This document shows, piece by piece, positions 35,008 through 44,767 of a DNA stretch of 64,000 nt. A program made the translations under genes and the position numbers. The notes beneath the pieces were generated by a model. The model had not been told where the DNA came from. It saw nothing but the letters and a program-made list of their open reading frames with translations, and made no database searches. How positions within the stretch are numbered: position 1 is the stretch's first letter; every line of letters starts with the position of its first letter. The stretch spans positions 96,001-160,000 of the IMG/VR virus record IMGVR_UViG_3300007511_000003, one strand, 5' to 3'. The stretch comes from a virus.

Positions 35008-35916
35008 TTAGGCACCCACAAAGAACCTAGGTACCAATTCACAACGAGATGGCAGAGAAGACCTCTCAAGGGAGTGGCCCTGTAACCGGTGCAAACGGCG
35101 CCCTCTTTGGCTCCAATACAGGAAGGGTGCAGCCAAGACCGGTGCTAGGTGCCTGTTAGAAGTCAGACACAAGTCCAAAATATGGGCTTCATTTTCACAA
35201 AACGTAACTATCGCCGCACCCTGCACTGTTGTTTGGGCTTTATCCAGCAACACCAGTATGCCTTGTTCTCTGATATGAATGTCCTTCAAAAGGACCTTTA
35301 AATAAGGCTGGGAAGTGTTACCCCGCTTGGTGTCCTCCAAGCGCCGTAAAGCATATACCTCTGTCAGGTCAAAATCTTGGATAAGTTGGGCACGGCTACG
35401 AGGACTCTCGGCTATGCGTAATCTACCAGAGTCTAACAGCTTTTGGGTCCTTGTATAAACAGAGGACCCAACATCCAACTCATGTATGTAGTGGCGGGCG
35501 GTCCCGGAGAACTGGAAGGTAGGTATGTTCATCCCTGATAATACCCTCTGTTCTTCCCTTGTCCAAAAAGGTGCTATGAATTTGCTTAAAAGTTCGAACC
35601 CATGCGGAGGCATTAGGCCGCGCATGTTAGACACCAAAGGGATGGATACATCTTGCACTACACCTATGGCTACGGTAAAAGGTTCCTGATCCAATAAATG
35701 ACTTAAACATTGGAGGCGCTCTAGTGACAGCATCAAATTGTGTAGCGTATCCACGGTCGGGGCATACCTGTGGTGGTTGGTACGTTCAATCCATGTATCC
35801 AGACCCCCCACTATAAGTGACCAATCCGCACGTATGGCTTCAGCACCAATAATAACGTTCATCAGTTTTCCAAATGTAATGTGAAGGACTCTGGTTTTTA
35901 TGGGTACGTAGGTCAA
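35008..35916 (-). CDS. Hypothetical protein, possible degenerate GNAT fold at the C-terminus
   Basis: GAAIVTFCENEAHILDLCL resembles RimI strands; weak. Confidence 0.5.
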   Translation of the reverse strand: MTYVPIKTRVLHITFGKLMNVIIGAEAIRADWSLIVGGLDTWIERTNHHRYAPTVDTLHNLMLSLERLQCLSHLLDQEPFTVAIGVVQDVSIPLVSNMRGLMPPHGFELLSKFIAPFWTREEQRVLSGMNIPTFQFSGTARHYIHELDVGSSVYTRTQKLLDSGRLRIAESPRSRAQLIQDFDLTEVYALRRLEDTKRGNTSQPYLKVLLKDIHIREQGILVLLDKAQTTVQGAAIVTFCENEAHILDLCLTSNRHLAPVLAAPFLYWSQRGRRLHRLQGHSLERSSLPSRCELVPRFFVGA

Positions 35917-36568
35917 CGCTATTGACCTCTAATACCAGACCAGACGTAGGATAGGGAAATTGTGGACTGTCAAGGCGCCCAAACACCTTTTGTAAACGGG
36001 CCTCCACTGTTGCGAGTGATAAGGTTCCTATGTCTCGACACAAGAAAGCAGGAGAGGCATGAGGTGTCAGGAAGGGTACACCCGCAAGTAAGTCTAACTC
36101 ACCTAGCCTGTTTATAAGTTCCTTTTCCGGTGTCCTGAGGCTATGAGCCGCGAACGCCAAATAGCGTGTCCTCCTCACCCAGATTTGCTCATCCTGTTGC
36201 GTCACGGTTGCATGTAGGGCACCTAAAGTAGCGAGTCCTAACGTTCCCTTGAACAAGTGTCTGTCTACGGTCAAGGTCCCAAATACGGATATCCTAGGTT
36301 CCTTAAACCCACCAAACACCTTACCCTTGGCAATCAACCGTTGTGGCAACAAAGGACCCAGACGTTCGGTAAAGCACGCTTCTTGTCCAAGGGAGTTCAT
36401 GTACACCACCCTATCAAGTTTGTATTTGTCGTAACGTACTTCCAGTGGGAGCCCTTGCAGGACAGGGCGCACTAACAGGTAACACTTACCCGTGCTCTTG
36501 GACTGTAAAGTGGAAAGAAAATTGTGGAGCCCTTCTCTTTTTTGTTGGTTTAAAGAAAACATGGACAC
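35840..36568 (-). CDS. Inactive NAD-ligase adenylation-domain-like protein
   Basis: RPVLQGLPLEVRY (in place of EPKxDG), ISVFGTL, YLAFAAH and YPTSGLVLEVN (in place of IDGVVIK), in ligase order. Confidence 0.55.
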   Translation of the reverse strand: MSMFSLNQQKREGLHNFLSTLQSKSTGKCYLLVRPVLQGLPLEVRYDKYKLDRVVYMNSLGQEACFTERLGPLLPQRLIAKGKVFGGFKEPRISVFGTLTVDRHLFKGTLGLATLGALHATVTQQDEQIWVRRTRYLAFAAHSLRTPEKELINRLGELDLLAGVPFLTPHASPAFLCRDIGTLSLATVEARLQKVFGRLDSPQFPYPTSGLVLEVNSVDLRTHKNQSPSHYIWKTDERYYWC

Positions 36569-36569
36569 C

Positions 36570-37500
36570 TCGATAAAAATTTTTGGGTACCTAATGATAT
36601 GCGACCTACCGTCTATTTACAAGAAAATTTCCATTTTAGGGTTGGTCAAATCTTGATCTTATTTGGACAATTTTTCAATGAATTTGGTATGGCGTAAAAT
36701 GAGGTTGAAAACCAAAACGTATAGGGTATAAGAGAAACTTAGGGCACCACATAAAGGGAGGTGGGGCCTATGAAGGAAGGGCGGGTAGAAAGTTAAGATC
36801 CAAAATCGGTTCAAACTTGGAAAAGCGGGATTTCAGAATACCTCTTAATCCAGTATAAATACCGAAAGGATAAAGCGAATAGGTTGAAGGATTTTGGTCA
36901 AAAATCGTGATCCACAAGAAAATCTTTACCAAACCAAATCCTGCCTATCCAATTAATCCAAGGTAACGTCTGAGGTTAATGATAGGTAAAAAGCATATGG
37001 GTACCACCACTTGGGAGAACTATATAGAAGTAGCGAGTCGGGCCAGCGGGTATTGGTTTCTAACATTGGGACTGGATCTCACAAGGGACATGGATCTAAA
37101 GATATCCAAAAACCCTAGGGTATACCCTGTTACAGAAGGCGTCGCGGCGCGGAGCGCGTGCGCCTTCTGGTGGACTAAGGACCGTCCCCACTCATCCTAG
37201 ACATGTAAAATTGGATACCACCTCTTCCTCCATTTGGTAGGTTCAATGTCTAGGATGAGTGGGGACGGTCAAGGATAGAAAGAGATGTAGGCTGTCGCTA
37301 CGCTCCAGGCGCCTACATCTCCCTCCAGTAGGGCGTAGCCCTGGTGTTTAGGTAAGGAAAGAAATTTAAGACCTCCTCCAGAATCGGAGTAATCACCACT
37401 GGGTCTGACTAATTTAAAATTGAAGATGGTTGATTTGCGGTGTACCGCCCTACTCTAATTTCTTGTAAATAAATTGGGAATGAGGATGGTCACAATCAAC
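36570..37500. other. Long divergent intergenic region, candidate replication origin
   Basis: ~930 bp with no convincing ORF; AT-rich left half and a hairpin cluster at 37133-37344. Confidence 0.55.
37180..37270. repeat. 25-bp perfect inverted repeat with 41-nt spacer
   Basis: GACCGTCCCCACTCATCCTAGACAT (37180-37204) and its reverse complement (37246-37270). Confidence 0.95.
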
Positions 37501-37501
37501 C

Positions 37502-39022
37502 GTGAATGAGGATGGTATGAGATTGAAGGATCATGTATTTGAGCCGGCCCTGGCATCCTACCTAGAGGAGTTGGTTCCGATTCAATGGGATCAACGATTT
37601 TTTACCAATAGGGAGAGAAGCCAGATTAAGAGGTTCCTGTGTCACCTAGCCTACGAAGGCTTGTTTGGGTTAGGGAGATCTACGTTTAAGGTTTGGGTAC
37701 CTATTCCCTGGACCACCTTACATGTAGAAGCCAGAACCGTTACCCGTTCTTTTGGTACCGACAAAGGTTACGAGCTCCTGGAAAAGCTGGGTCTCATTGA
37801 AACCACCAATTATGATAGGCACCGTCGGTTGTGCCGCGAGTACCGACTCGCGTGGAAACACCTTAAGGCTCTTATCATTAGGATGGTTTCTTTATTTCAT
37901 CTGGACCACCATCCTTGGGGCCAGGACAGGCGGCAAGATCATATTTTATTGAAAGCGGTCCTCGGTAGGGTAGAAGGAAAGCGGTTACCTAGGAACAAGA
38001 TATCGGTACCACTTACCACCCACAGTCTACGCGTTATGAAAAACCGATACGTGGATTTTCCTGGACTGGTGACCCACATGTATCAGAGTTATAGAGATCG
38101 GGCAAAGAATGTTGGCGGCTCTTGGAACCGGTTTAAAGCCAACCTTCGGGTATGTTATTTTTTGTTGAGGCACCTCAAGCTGGATACAATAGGATGGTAT
38201 TACCGTCCGCGGTATAAGAGTGGTACGACCGGACGTATCCACGAAATAGGTGGTGGACTGCAAAACGCTCCTGTAGAAATGAAAGTTCGATCTCTCACCA
38301 CAGGGCAGGTCAATTACGACCTAGCGGCATCTCAACCAACAATATTGATTTCTGAATTTGAACAACACGGTATCGACACCCAATGGTTGGAGAACTATGT
38401 TGAGAATCCAAAGGCCAAGGAAAACGCCGCCCAGCGGTGTGGTATTTCTGTAGCTTGCTGGAAGACTATTTTTTGTGCCCTCCTGACAGGCGCCCGTCTT
38501 GTCAAACATCCTCAAAGCTCTATCATGCAAGAACTAGAGCACCATCTTGGAACATGGGATGCCGCCTGCGAGGCATTTGATCGGTTCCACTCTTACACAC
38601 AACCACTCCAAAAAGGTATCAAGGACTGGATCCAGGTTTTACTGGATACCCCTGCTGGTGTTCGCGGTGGTAAAAAATGGTGGCGTAACAAAATCGGTTT
38701 GAGGTTCGTACACCACCGAAATTGTGGCCAGCGTCTGATGGCGTTTATGGTACAGGGACAGGAGTCGGCTTTCATCCAAACATTGGTCATTGAACTGGCC
38801 AAGGTGGGAATTCCTGTTGTGGCCAATGAACACGATGGGTTTATTGCTGTCGGGGACCTGCCCTTGGGGGCCTGTCAACAAGCAGCAGAGAAGGTGGGTC
38901 AGGGAAGGTGGCGTTTTAAGATAGACGCTGTAGGGCCCTCAGAGGGCCAGGGGAGGTCTTTGGAACCATACCTGAGGGAAGTAGAAGCGGGGTACAAGAA
39001 ACAGCAAGGAAGGACCGTATAG
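37502..39022 (+). CDS. PolA-superfamily polymerase/primase-like protein (TV-Pol-like)
   Basis: TGRIH...GLQN, motif A NYDLAASQP, motif B-like KTIFCALLTG, QGQES, motif C EHDGFI; no exonuclease domains. Confidence 0.7.
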   Translation: MNEDGMRLKDHVFEPALASYLEELVPIQWDQRFFTNRERSQIKRFLCHLAYEGLFGLGRSTFKVWVPIPWTTLHVEARTVTRSFGTDKGYELLEKLGLIETTNYDRHRRLCREYRLAWKHLKALIIRMVSLFHLDHHPWGQDRRQDHILLKAVLGRVEGKRLPRNKISVPLTTHSLRVMKNRYVDFPGLVTHMYQSYRDRAKNVGGSWNRFKANLRVCYFLLRHLKLDTIGWYYRPRYKSGTTGRIHEIGGGLQNAPVEMKVRSLTTGQVNYDLAASQPTILISEFEQHGIDTQWLENYVENPKAKENAAQRCGISVACWKTIFCALLTGARLVKHPQSSIMQELEHHLGTWDAACEAFDRFHSYTQPLQKGIKDWIQVLLDTPAGVRGGKKWWRNKIGLRFVHHRNCGQRLMAFMVQGQESAFIQTLVIELAKVGIPVVANEHDGFIAVGDLPLGACQQAAEKVGQGRWRFKIDAVGPSEGQGRSLEPYLREVEAGYKKQQGRTV

Positions 39023-39124
39023 GCAGATGGGGGCGGATCCCGGAGCCGATTCGGAACCCACCCCCATGGTGGAGAAGCAACGCCCGATGAGGCTATAATT
39101 ACCCTTCACGAACGTCACTATAAA

Positions 39125-39523
39125 TTAGTCAGAGCCTTGAGTTGGTTGGACAGTCAAATATTTGGCGGCATACTCAGGTGTGGAAAAAAGCCTGGTGACT
39201 CCCACTATGTCCCCAAAGTTATTCCTTACAGTGCTACCCCAACTGGTGTCAGGTGCGAACACGTCAGGGCGGCTTCTTATATGGGTGATGACCAGGCGAC
39301 TGACCAGGTATACAGTGCCCTCTTGAGGATCTGGAAGCCCCTCAATAAACTCCGGTTCGCTAAGGGGGTTCACAGGTACCGGAAGTCCCTCCACCAGTCG
39401 GAGGCTTTTCTTTTTGAACTTGATGCGGGCTATCTTTCCAGATGGTGGTATCTCGGTTATACCCGCTTTACCGATTAAACTGATCGGGTGTTTGGTCAAG
39501 TTGATCATTTTGGTGATTTCCAT
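39125..39523 (-). CDS. Phage hypothetical protein
   Basis: INLTKHPI...IPPSG..AR...GLPDPQEGTVYLVS. Confidence 0.75.
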   Translation of the reverse strand: MEITKMINLTKHPISLIGKAGITEIPPSGKIARIKFKKKSLRLVEGLPVPVNPLSEPEFIEGLPDPQEGTVYLVSRLVITHIRSRPDVFAPDTSWGSTVRNNFGDIVGVTRLFSTPEYAAKYLTVQPTQGSD

Positions 39524-39560
39524 TTTTGTCCTTGCCGTGGTTGACTAATAAGCATGTAAC

Positions 39561-40040
39561 TCAACGACGGTCGGTTTTCCTTATTGGCCGCCACATGTCT
39601 TGAGGGTTATAGACTCCTGGTGGTATAGGGAACCAACGGTCCTTATATCGTTGGATGGTTTTCAAGGGGATCCCTTTTGTGTTGTGTCTCTGGCATCCCT
39701 CAGGGTCCCAAGCCCAGTCTGTAGTGGGTTCCATGATATGGACGGATGCTCGATGCTCATAAGCGATCTGGAAATAAGGTAGGAGCTCTTGGAGTCGAGT
39801 CAGGGTATTTGATACCACTCCCCCACCACGTTCCTCTAGTGCTCTTTTAATACCCTCCCTACACCACCTGTGTGCTGACCGTAGTTTCTTTGCGTCATGG
39901 GCATACCGGCCCGAGTTGGCGTCTACCATTAACATGTCCACTTCATAGTGGGACACGCCATATTCTCGGGCTACGTGCTGGGCCAGGGTGGTTTTCCCTG
40001 ACCCAGGCAGTCCCCTGACAATCCAGAGGTTGTTTGACAT
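39561..40040 (-). CDS. P-loop kinase (AAA_33/polynucleotide kinase-like)
   Basis: IVRGLPGSGKTTLA, AHRWC, VVSNT, RHNTKGIP. Confidence 0.85.
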   Translation of the reverse strand: MSNNLWIVRGLPGSGKTTLAQHVAREYGVSHYEVDMLMVDANSGRYAHDAKKLRSAHRWCREGIKRALEERGGGVVSNTLTRLQELLPYFQIAYEHRASVHIMEPTTDWAWDPEGCQRHNTKGIPLKTIQRYKDRWFPIPPGVYNPQDMWRPIRKTDRR

Positions 40041-41224
40041 TACTTACTCCAATCGTTGTTTACTTCGCGTTTCGTGTAACACTCCTCACAGAACGCTCTC
40101 TCAACCTCAGAGTTCTCATCCTTGTTGTCCGGAACACCCCATCCCTTCCGCCCCAGTTCTGCTGTGCAATCGGAACATTTCCGCTTCTCAGGCTCTCCCC
40201 AACATTCGTCACATAGGTCGTCCCCTCCGTCGATTTCCTCTTGAGACAGGCGCCCACCACAGTTGTCACAGAATCCCATCGACACTGTTTTGGTATCCTG
40301 GACCTCCACTGTTCCTTCCTCGAAGCCTTCCTGGTCTTTGTACAATATCTTCCGCCTTGCCTCGTACACTTCTGGGGAGACAAACGTGGCACCCTTGCGG
40401 TGTTTGACGAGTCCGCTGTAGCTGAATTTCAGGAACCGGAATAAGGCCAGCACATCCTCAGCCACTGCCTCCTTCCCTTCCGCTTTTAGTAATCCCTTGG
40501 CCTGTAATGCTTTAAGATGTACCAAGGTATCCCCTGTAGCGGCCCCCTCTATAAACGCCTCTCCGTTTATCCCCCAATTAAACAGAGTTGCCATAATATC
40601 AACTTTAAATTCCTCTCTACCCTTAACTGAAGTGTCATCAACTCGGATGATAGCCACACCTGGAATGTGGAACTTGGTTTTGTGGGTGGGTTCTCCATAA
40701 AGTTTTCGTTCCGTCATGGCCCTATAGAGGTCCCCTTGTGTCATCATGTAGCCATGCCAGTCAGAGAATGGGCGTAGGATCGGTTTCAGAGAGGGTTTTT
40801 TGTGTTGTTTAACCACATTTCTTGGTACTAGAAGGGGAAGGACGTATTCGGTTTTGGGCGGGCAGAAAGCTGGCTTGGTATCAGGAACCAAAAGTCTATC
40901 TTCCTCAGGAAGCGGTTCCTGTTTTTCAGGAATCTGTGGCGGTTGGACCTCAACGGGTAGAGGTTTTTTGGGCTCCTCTTTTTCTGTAGTGGGTACCACG
41001 CTCAATGGTGGTACTTGGGTGCGGAGTTGAGGGATAGCATCCAAATCGGGGAGTCGGTCCGCCATGTAGAGTTCCAACGAACGATACCCAAGCACATACC
41101 ATCCCTTGTGTTTGATGAAGTCCTGTAGGTTGGCGTTGAACCGAGACGCTTGTTCCACGTGCTCTTTGCTCCTGGCTTGAGCTTCGGCGAATGTTATTTC
41201 TTTTTGCGCGGGATTTATCATCAC
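40040..41224 (-). CDS. Hypothetical protein with C-terminal Zn ribbons
   Basis: CDNC...CDEC...CSDC...CEEC. Confidence 0.65.
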   Translation of the reverse strand: MMINPAQKEITFAEAQARSKEHVEQASRFNANLQDFIKHKGWYVLGYRSLELYMADRLPDLDAIPQLRTQVPPLSVVPTTEKEEPKKPLPVEVQPPQIPEKQEPLPEEDRLLVPDTKPAFCPPKTEYVLPLLVPRNVVKQHKKPSLKPILRPFSDWHGYMMTQGDLYRAMTERKLYGEPTHKTKFHIPGVAIIRVDDTSVKGREEFKVDIMATLFNWGINGEAFIEGAATGDTLVHLKALQAKGLLKAEGKEAVAEDVLALFRFLKFSYSGLVKHRKGATFVSPEVYEARRKILYKDQEGFEEGTVEVQDTKTVSMGFCDNCGGRLSQEEIDGGDDLCDECWGEPEKRKCSDCTAELGRKGWGVPDNKDENSEVERAFCEECYTKREVNNDWSK

Positions 41225-41445
41225 TATTGACCTCCTGCTGTTTTCTAGGGTCTTTTAATACAACTGTGGGTTCGTCTGGGGAGAGAATCGGAAGGAGGTC
41301 CTGTGGTGGGTGTTGCTGGGCGATCTTATCGCGGGGACCCTTCTCATGGATAATATCCTCAGGGAACGTTCAACATTTATTTACAAGCTCTCGGGCGGCG
41401 GCCCAGGAAACCTGGGAACACCACCCTCAAGAGCCCTTTGTTTGG

Positions 41446-42279
41446 TTATGCGGGCATTGCCACCTGACCGTTGTTGATTAACATGGCCATCTGGCTGTCC
41501 GTAAGCTTCAGTTCAACAGCTTCCCGGTCTTCGGGGTTCATCATGGCCATCATGGCTTGGGTGAGGAATTTGGTTCCACCCTCAACCGCTTTCTTCGCCC
41601 GACGTTTGGCCACTGCCTTGATCTGGGCCAGCCTCTCTTTGGTAGCTGCCGGGTTTTTCTTGGTCTCGACTTTTTCGGCCATGGCTACCGCTTCCTGGGC
41701 TCCCGCTTTCTTGGCCGCTCTGCGGGCCTTGCGGGTGGCTTTCTTTTTGGTCTCGACTTCCACTTTATTGTCGGCGGTCCTGGCGAGCCTGAACATACCC
41801 TGCTCTTCCATCAACCGGACGGTACCTTCGATGTGCTTGCAAACGCCGGGGATATGCTCGGGATTGCGGGGCTTGCCTGTGCCTTTGGGCTTCTCATACT
41901 TAAATGCTGGGCCCGTCATCTGCTCGGTCTCTTTCAGGGTGGGTGCCCAAGTAAATTTGAAATCCTGGCAAGAACACCGAACCTGCGGAGTCGAGCGGGT
42001 CGTGATCGGGCGGATGAAAACTGGGCGGTTTTTGCGGCCTCTCTTATAGACCGCGGCTTCGACCGAATAACGCCGGCTCTTGGTCTCGGTCATCAGTACC
42101 TTGTCAAAAACCATCTGGACTTCGTAGTTTTCACCGGTTCCTTCGACTCGGGCAACGATGCGGGCCCTGGTGCTGTCCTTGGGATTAATCTGAACTTTTT
42201 GAATCGTGACCTTGTTGGTCGGGATGTGGTTGACTTTGCGAAGTTTTTCGCCGCTTGCGATCAATGCTTGGATATTCAT
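41446..42279 (-). CDS. SWIM zinc-finger protein
   Basis: VRCSCQDF...GVCKHI. Confidence 0.8.
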   Translation of the reverse strand: MNIQALIASGEKLRKVNHIPTNKVTIQKVQINPKDSTRARIVARVEGTGENYEVQMVFDKVLMTETKSRRYSVEAAVYKRGRKNRPVFIRPITTRSTPQVRCSCQDFKFTWAPTLKETEQMTGPAFKYEKPKGTGKPRNPEHIPGVCKHIEGTVRLMEEQGMFRLARTADNKVEVETKKKATRKARRAAKKAGAQEAVAMAEKVETKKNPAATKERLAQIKAVAKRRAKKAVEGGTKFLTQAMMAMMNPEDREAVELKLTDSQMAMLINNGQVAMPA

Positions 42280-42357
42280 CTGTTTACCGCTCCTACGTTT
42301 GGGTTGTGGCCTATGGCATCCTGCCTGCCCCTGCTCTCTTCCCTAATCTTCACCTAC

Positions 42358-42386
42358 ATTGTATATGAACCCTCCGGTGCCGTCAA
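42358..42386 (-). promoter_or_regulatory. Sigma70-type promoter with conserved leader
   Basis: TTGACG-N17-TACAAT then GTAGGTGAAGATTAGG. Confidence 0.75.
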
Positions 42387-42647
42387 GATAAAAATGCACG
42401 TGGAGGCGCATTTTTCGTATCCGTTTGGTTTGGCACCTGTTTTTGACGCGCATTCCACGCTATACAGCTCTCCCAATTTTTTCATCCCTGGAAAATTTTC
42501 GGTCCTGGGCCTTAAATCGAGGTCAAATTTTTGCACAATCTAATTTTATCCCAAGTCAGCTTGGCTCCTTCGGCGGTGCCCAAGTCTGTAAGTATGCAAA
42601 GGGTCCTAGTACACATTTGAAACACACATGCGTGTAAGGAGAAACAC

Positions 42648-44033
42648 ATGAAGAAACGTCGGAAAAAGGTCACGGCGGGTGAAAGCCTCCATGGCCAGAA
42701 TCTTGTTTCTTCGGTCGTGGTTGCCTCCGAGGCCGCGGTGCCAACAGGACTGAAAGTTACGGCGCACAAGTGCCGTGGGTGTGACACTACTTTCGCAACC
42801 AACGCAGACATCAAACCATTTTGCGTACATTGCGGGAGTGATAGTGTGATTACTGTCAATGACATGGGTGGCCGTAAGGTCGAGTCCATGGCAGACGAGA
42901 GTAAACTGTCAAGTGTCCAATGCCCAGGGTGCCAAAACCGTAACATTCTGTCCGACACCACTGCCAAAGCCTTGGAAGGTTATATGGCTTGCGTGGTGTG
43001 CTCTCACGACATCCTTTTTGAAACCGTTGCTGAGGATGATGAGCCACCCGCCGCCGAAGATCCCATGGTCGATGACACAGACCAACCAACTGAAGATCCC
43101 GCTCTCGAAGGTGACACCGCTGATGGTGAATCCGACATTGGTGGGGATGATGTAGGTGGTGAGCCCGAAGAAGAAGACGAGGTTTTGATGAACTTGTCTG
43201 AGCTCGCTTTGGCTTCCGCCCCTGATAGAAAGGTCGTTTTCGTCCGTGCAGGTAAGAGTTCCATCTGCGCCTACGTCGGAGACGTGTCCATTGCTCGACT
43301 GAAACAAGCCGATGCTGGTGACAACGAGGATCTATTCCAAGAGCAAGCTTTCCTCAAGTCAATCCGTCAATCCATGGCGACAGCTGGTTTGGACAAAACG
43401 CTTGACGATTTTGGTTTTACCAAAACTCAGGTGGCTTTGTCCGGCTCTCACCTCCGTAAGTTCAAGATCTCTGAAGCGGTTACTGCCGAACGGGAGATCA
43501 TCCGCAAGGAAATGGCAGATTCCCAGGCGGTGTTGCAACAGTGCCTCCAGATTGCTGCTGCTGGCTTGAATAAAGGCTTTTTCAAAGATCGTGTTCATGT
43601 CCTGAAAGCCAAGTTGTATGAGTCACTGGTTGAAGCCGGCATGAAGAGTCCCAACGTGGTGATTGATCAAGTCTTTTCTGCCCATTCGGATGAGTACAAC
43701 ACCACGCTGTTGGCGTTAGCTACCGAGTTGTTGGGTAAATCCGAGGACGTTCGTAACGAACTTGCGGACACCATCCAAGGTACCAACTACCAATTGGCGG
43801 AGGATGAACCAACCGAAGACGACGAACTGGAGTTGGAAGAAGAGTTCACCGAGGATGACCTGGAGGATGCCCCTCTGGAGTCACGATTGGAGGCCTCTTT
43901 GCGCCCATCTCGCCCAAGGCGTTTGAATGGTAAAGCAGCCGTTCATTCCCATACGGGTGAACCACCCCGGTCCGTTGCGGATATCCGTCATCACGTTACC
44001 AGTCAGGCGGGCCAGAACCTGTTTAGCCGGTAA
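42648..44033 (+). CDS. Putative prohead scaffold/core protein with N-terminal Zn ribbons
   Basis: Four CxxC motifs, acidic tracts and helical body; first gene of the capsid operon. Confidence 0.6.
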   Translation: MKKRRKKVTAGESLHGQNLVSSVVVASEAAVPTGLKVTAHKCRGCDTTFATNADIKPFCVHCGSDSVITVNDMGGRKVESMADESKLSSVQCPGCQNRNILSDTTAKALEGYMACVVCSHDILFETVAEDDEPPAAEDPMVDDTDQPTEDPALEGDTADGESDIGGDDVGGEPEEEDEVLMNLSELALASAPDRKVVFVRAGKSSICAYVGDVSIARLKQADAGDNEDLFQEQAFLKSIRQSMATAGLDKTLDDFGFTKTQVALSGSHLRKFKISEAVTAEREIIRKEMADSQAVLQQCLQIAAAGLNKGFFKDRVHVLKAKLYESLVEAGMKSPNVVIDQVFSAHSDEYNTTLLALATELLGKSEDVRNELADTIQGTNYQLAEDEPTEDDELELEEEFTEDDLEDAPLESRLEASLRPSRPRRLNGKAAVHSHTGEPPRSVADIRHHVTSQAGQNLFSR

Positions 44034-44070
44034 TAGGGCCACTCAAAACTGTTTATAAGGAGTTTCAACC

Positions 44071-44733
44071 ATGTTGCAACTGGACAAAAGTCGTTTTCGT
44101 GACAGTGTTGAGCGGCCCGTGGCAGATGGATATTCCATCACTGCCGAAGGGCAAGCTCTCATTGGCGAACTGATGGATGGCGTTTTCGGCGTCCGTCCAT
44201 CAACCGGGGCGGCTGACGAAGTTTTCGCCGGCGTCTCTATCGCTCAAACCATCAATGTCGAGCTGATGCCTGAAGTGGCCGATGTCGTGCTCGATGCCAA
44301 CAAAAAAGCCATGCTCCCGCATGAACCGGTTGCCGGTTCAATCCGTGTGCTGGATGCTGCTGGCACCACTATCGCTCCTGCCAATTATACCATCACAGGG
44401 AAAGAAATCGAAGTTCCTGGCGGGGCAGAGGGTGACGCAGTTCAGGTGCGGTCCAAGTATGTTCCCAACGTTCAGGAAGCCAAATTGCTGCAAGGCGATG
44501 AAGCTCCCGGTGGAACAGCCGCAGCTTTCATGTCCTCAGTGGGTACCATTACCGAGGGCGATGTTTACACCACCGAGTATGATACGGCTGCGGATTGGAG
44601 TGGAACCAATCCCGAGGTCAAACTCGGTCCCGGAGGACTGTTCACCACGGCCGGAAGCGGTACTGCTGTGAACGGTTTCGTCATTCAGGTTCCCACGGCG
44701 GCAGACCCCACGCTGGGCCTGGTACTTCGGTAA
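44071..44733 (+). CDS. Putative capsid decoration/cement protein
   Basis: Beta/Gly-rich 220 aa directly before the capsid gene. Confidence 0.6.
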   Translation: MLQLDKSRFRDSVERPVADGYSITAEGQALIGELMDGVFGVRPSTGAADEVFAGVSIAQTINVELMPEVADVVLDANKKAMLPHEPVAGSIRVLDAAGTTIAPANYTITGKEIEVPGGAEGDAVQVRSKYVPNVQEAKLLQGDEAPGGTAAAFMSSVGTITEGDVYTTEYDTAADWSGTNPEVKLGPGGLFTTAGSGTAVNGFVIQVPTAADPTLGLVLR

Positions 44734-44767
44734 TCGGGTTCCACACCAAGGAGAATGGAGATAAACT

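Noticed and set aside
41471-42543. Long antisense ORFs (e.g. 41557-42543, also 45407-46363, 48887-49726, 33856-34653)
   Set aside because: These are shadows of codon-biased real genes on the opposite strand, with no RBS or motifs
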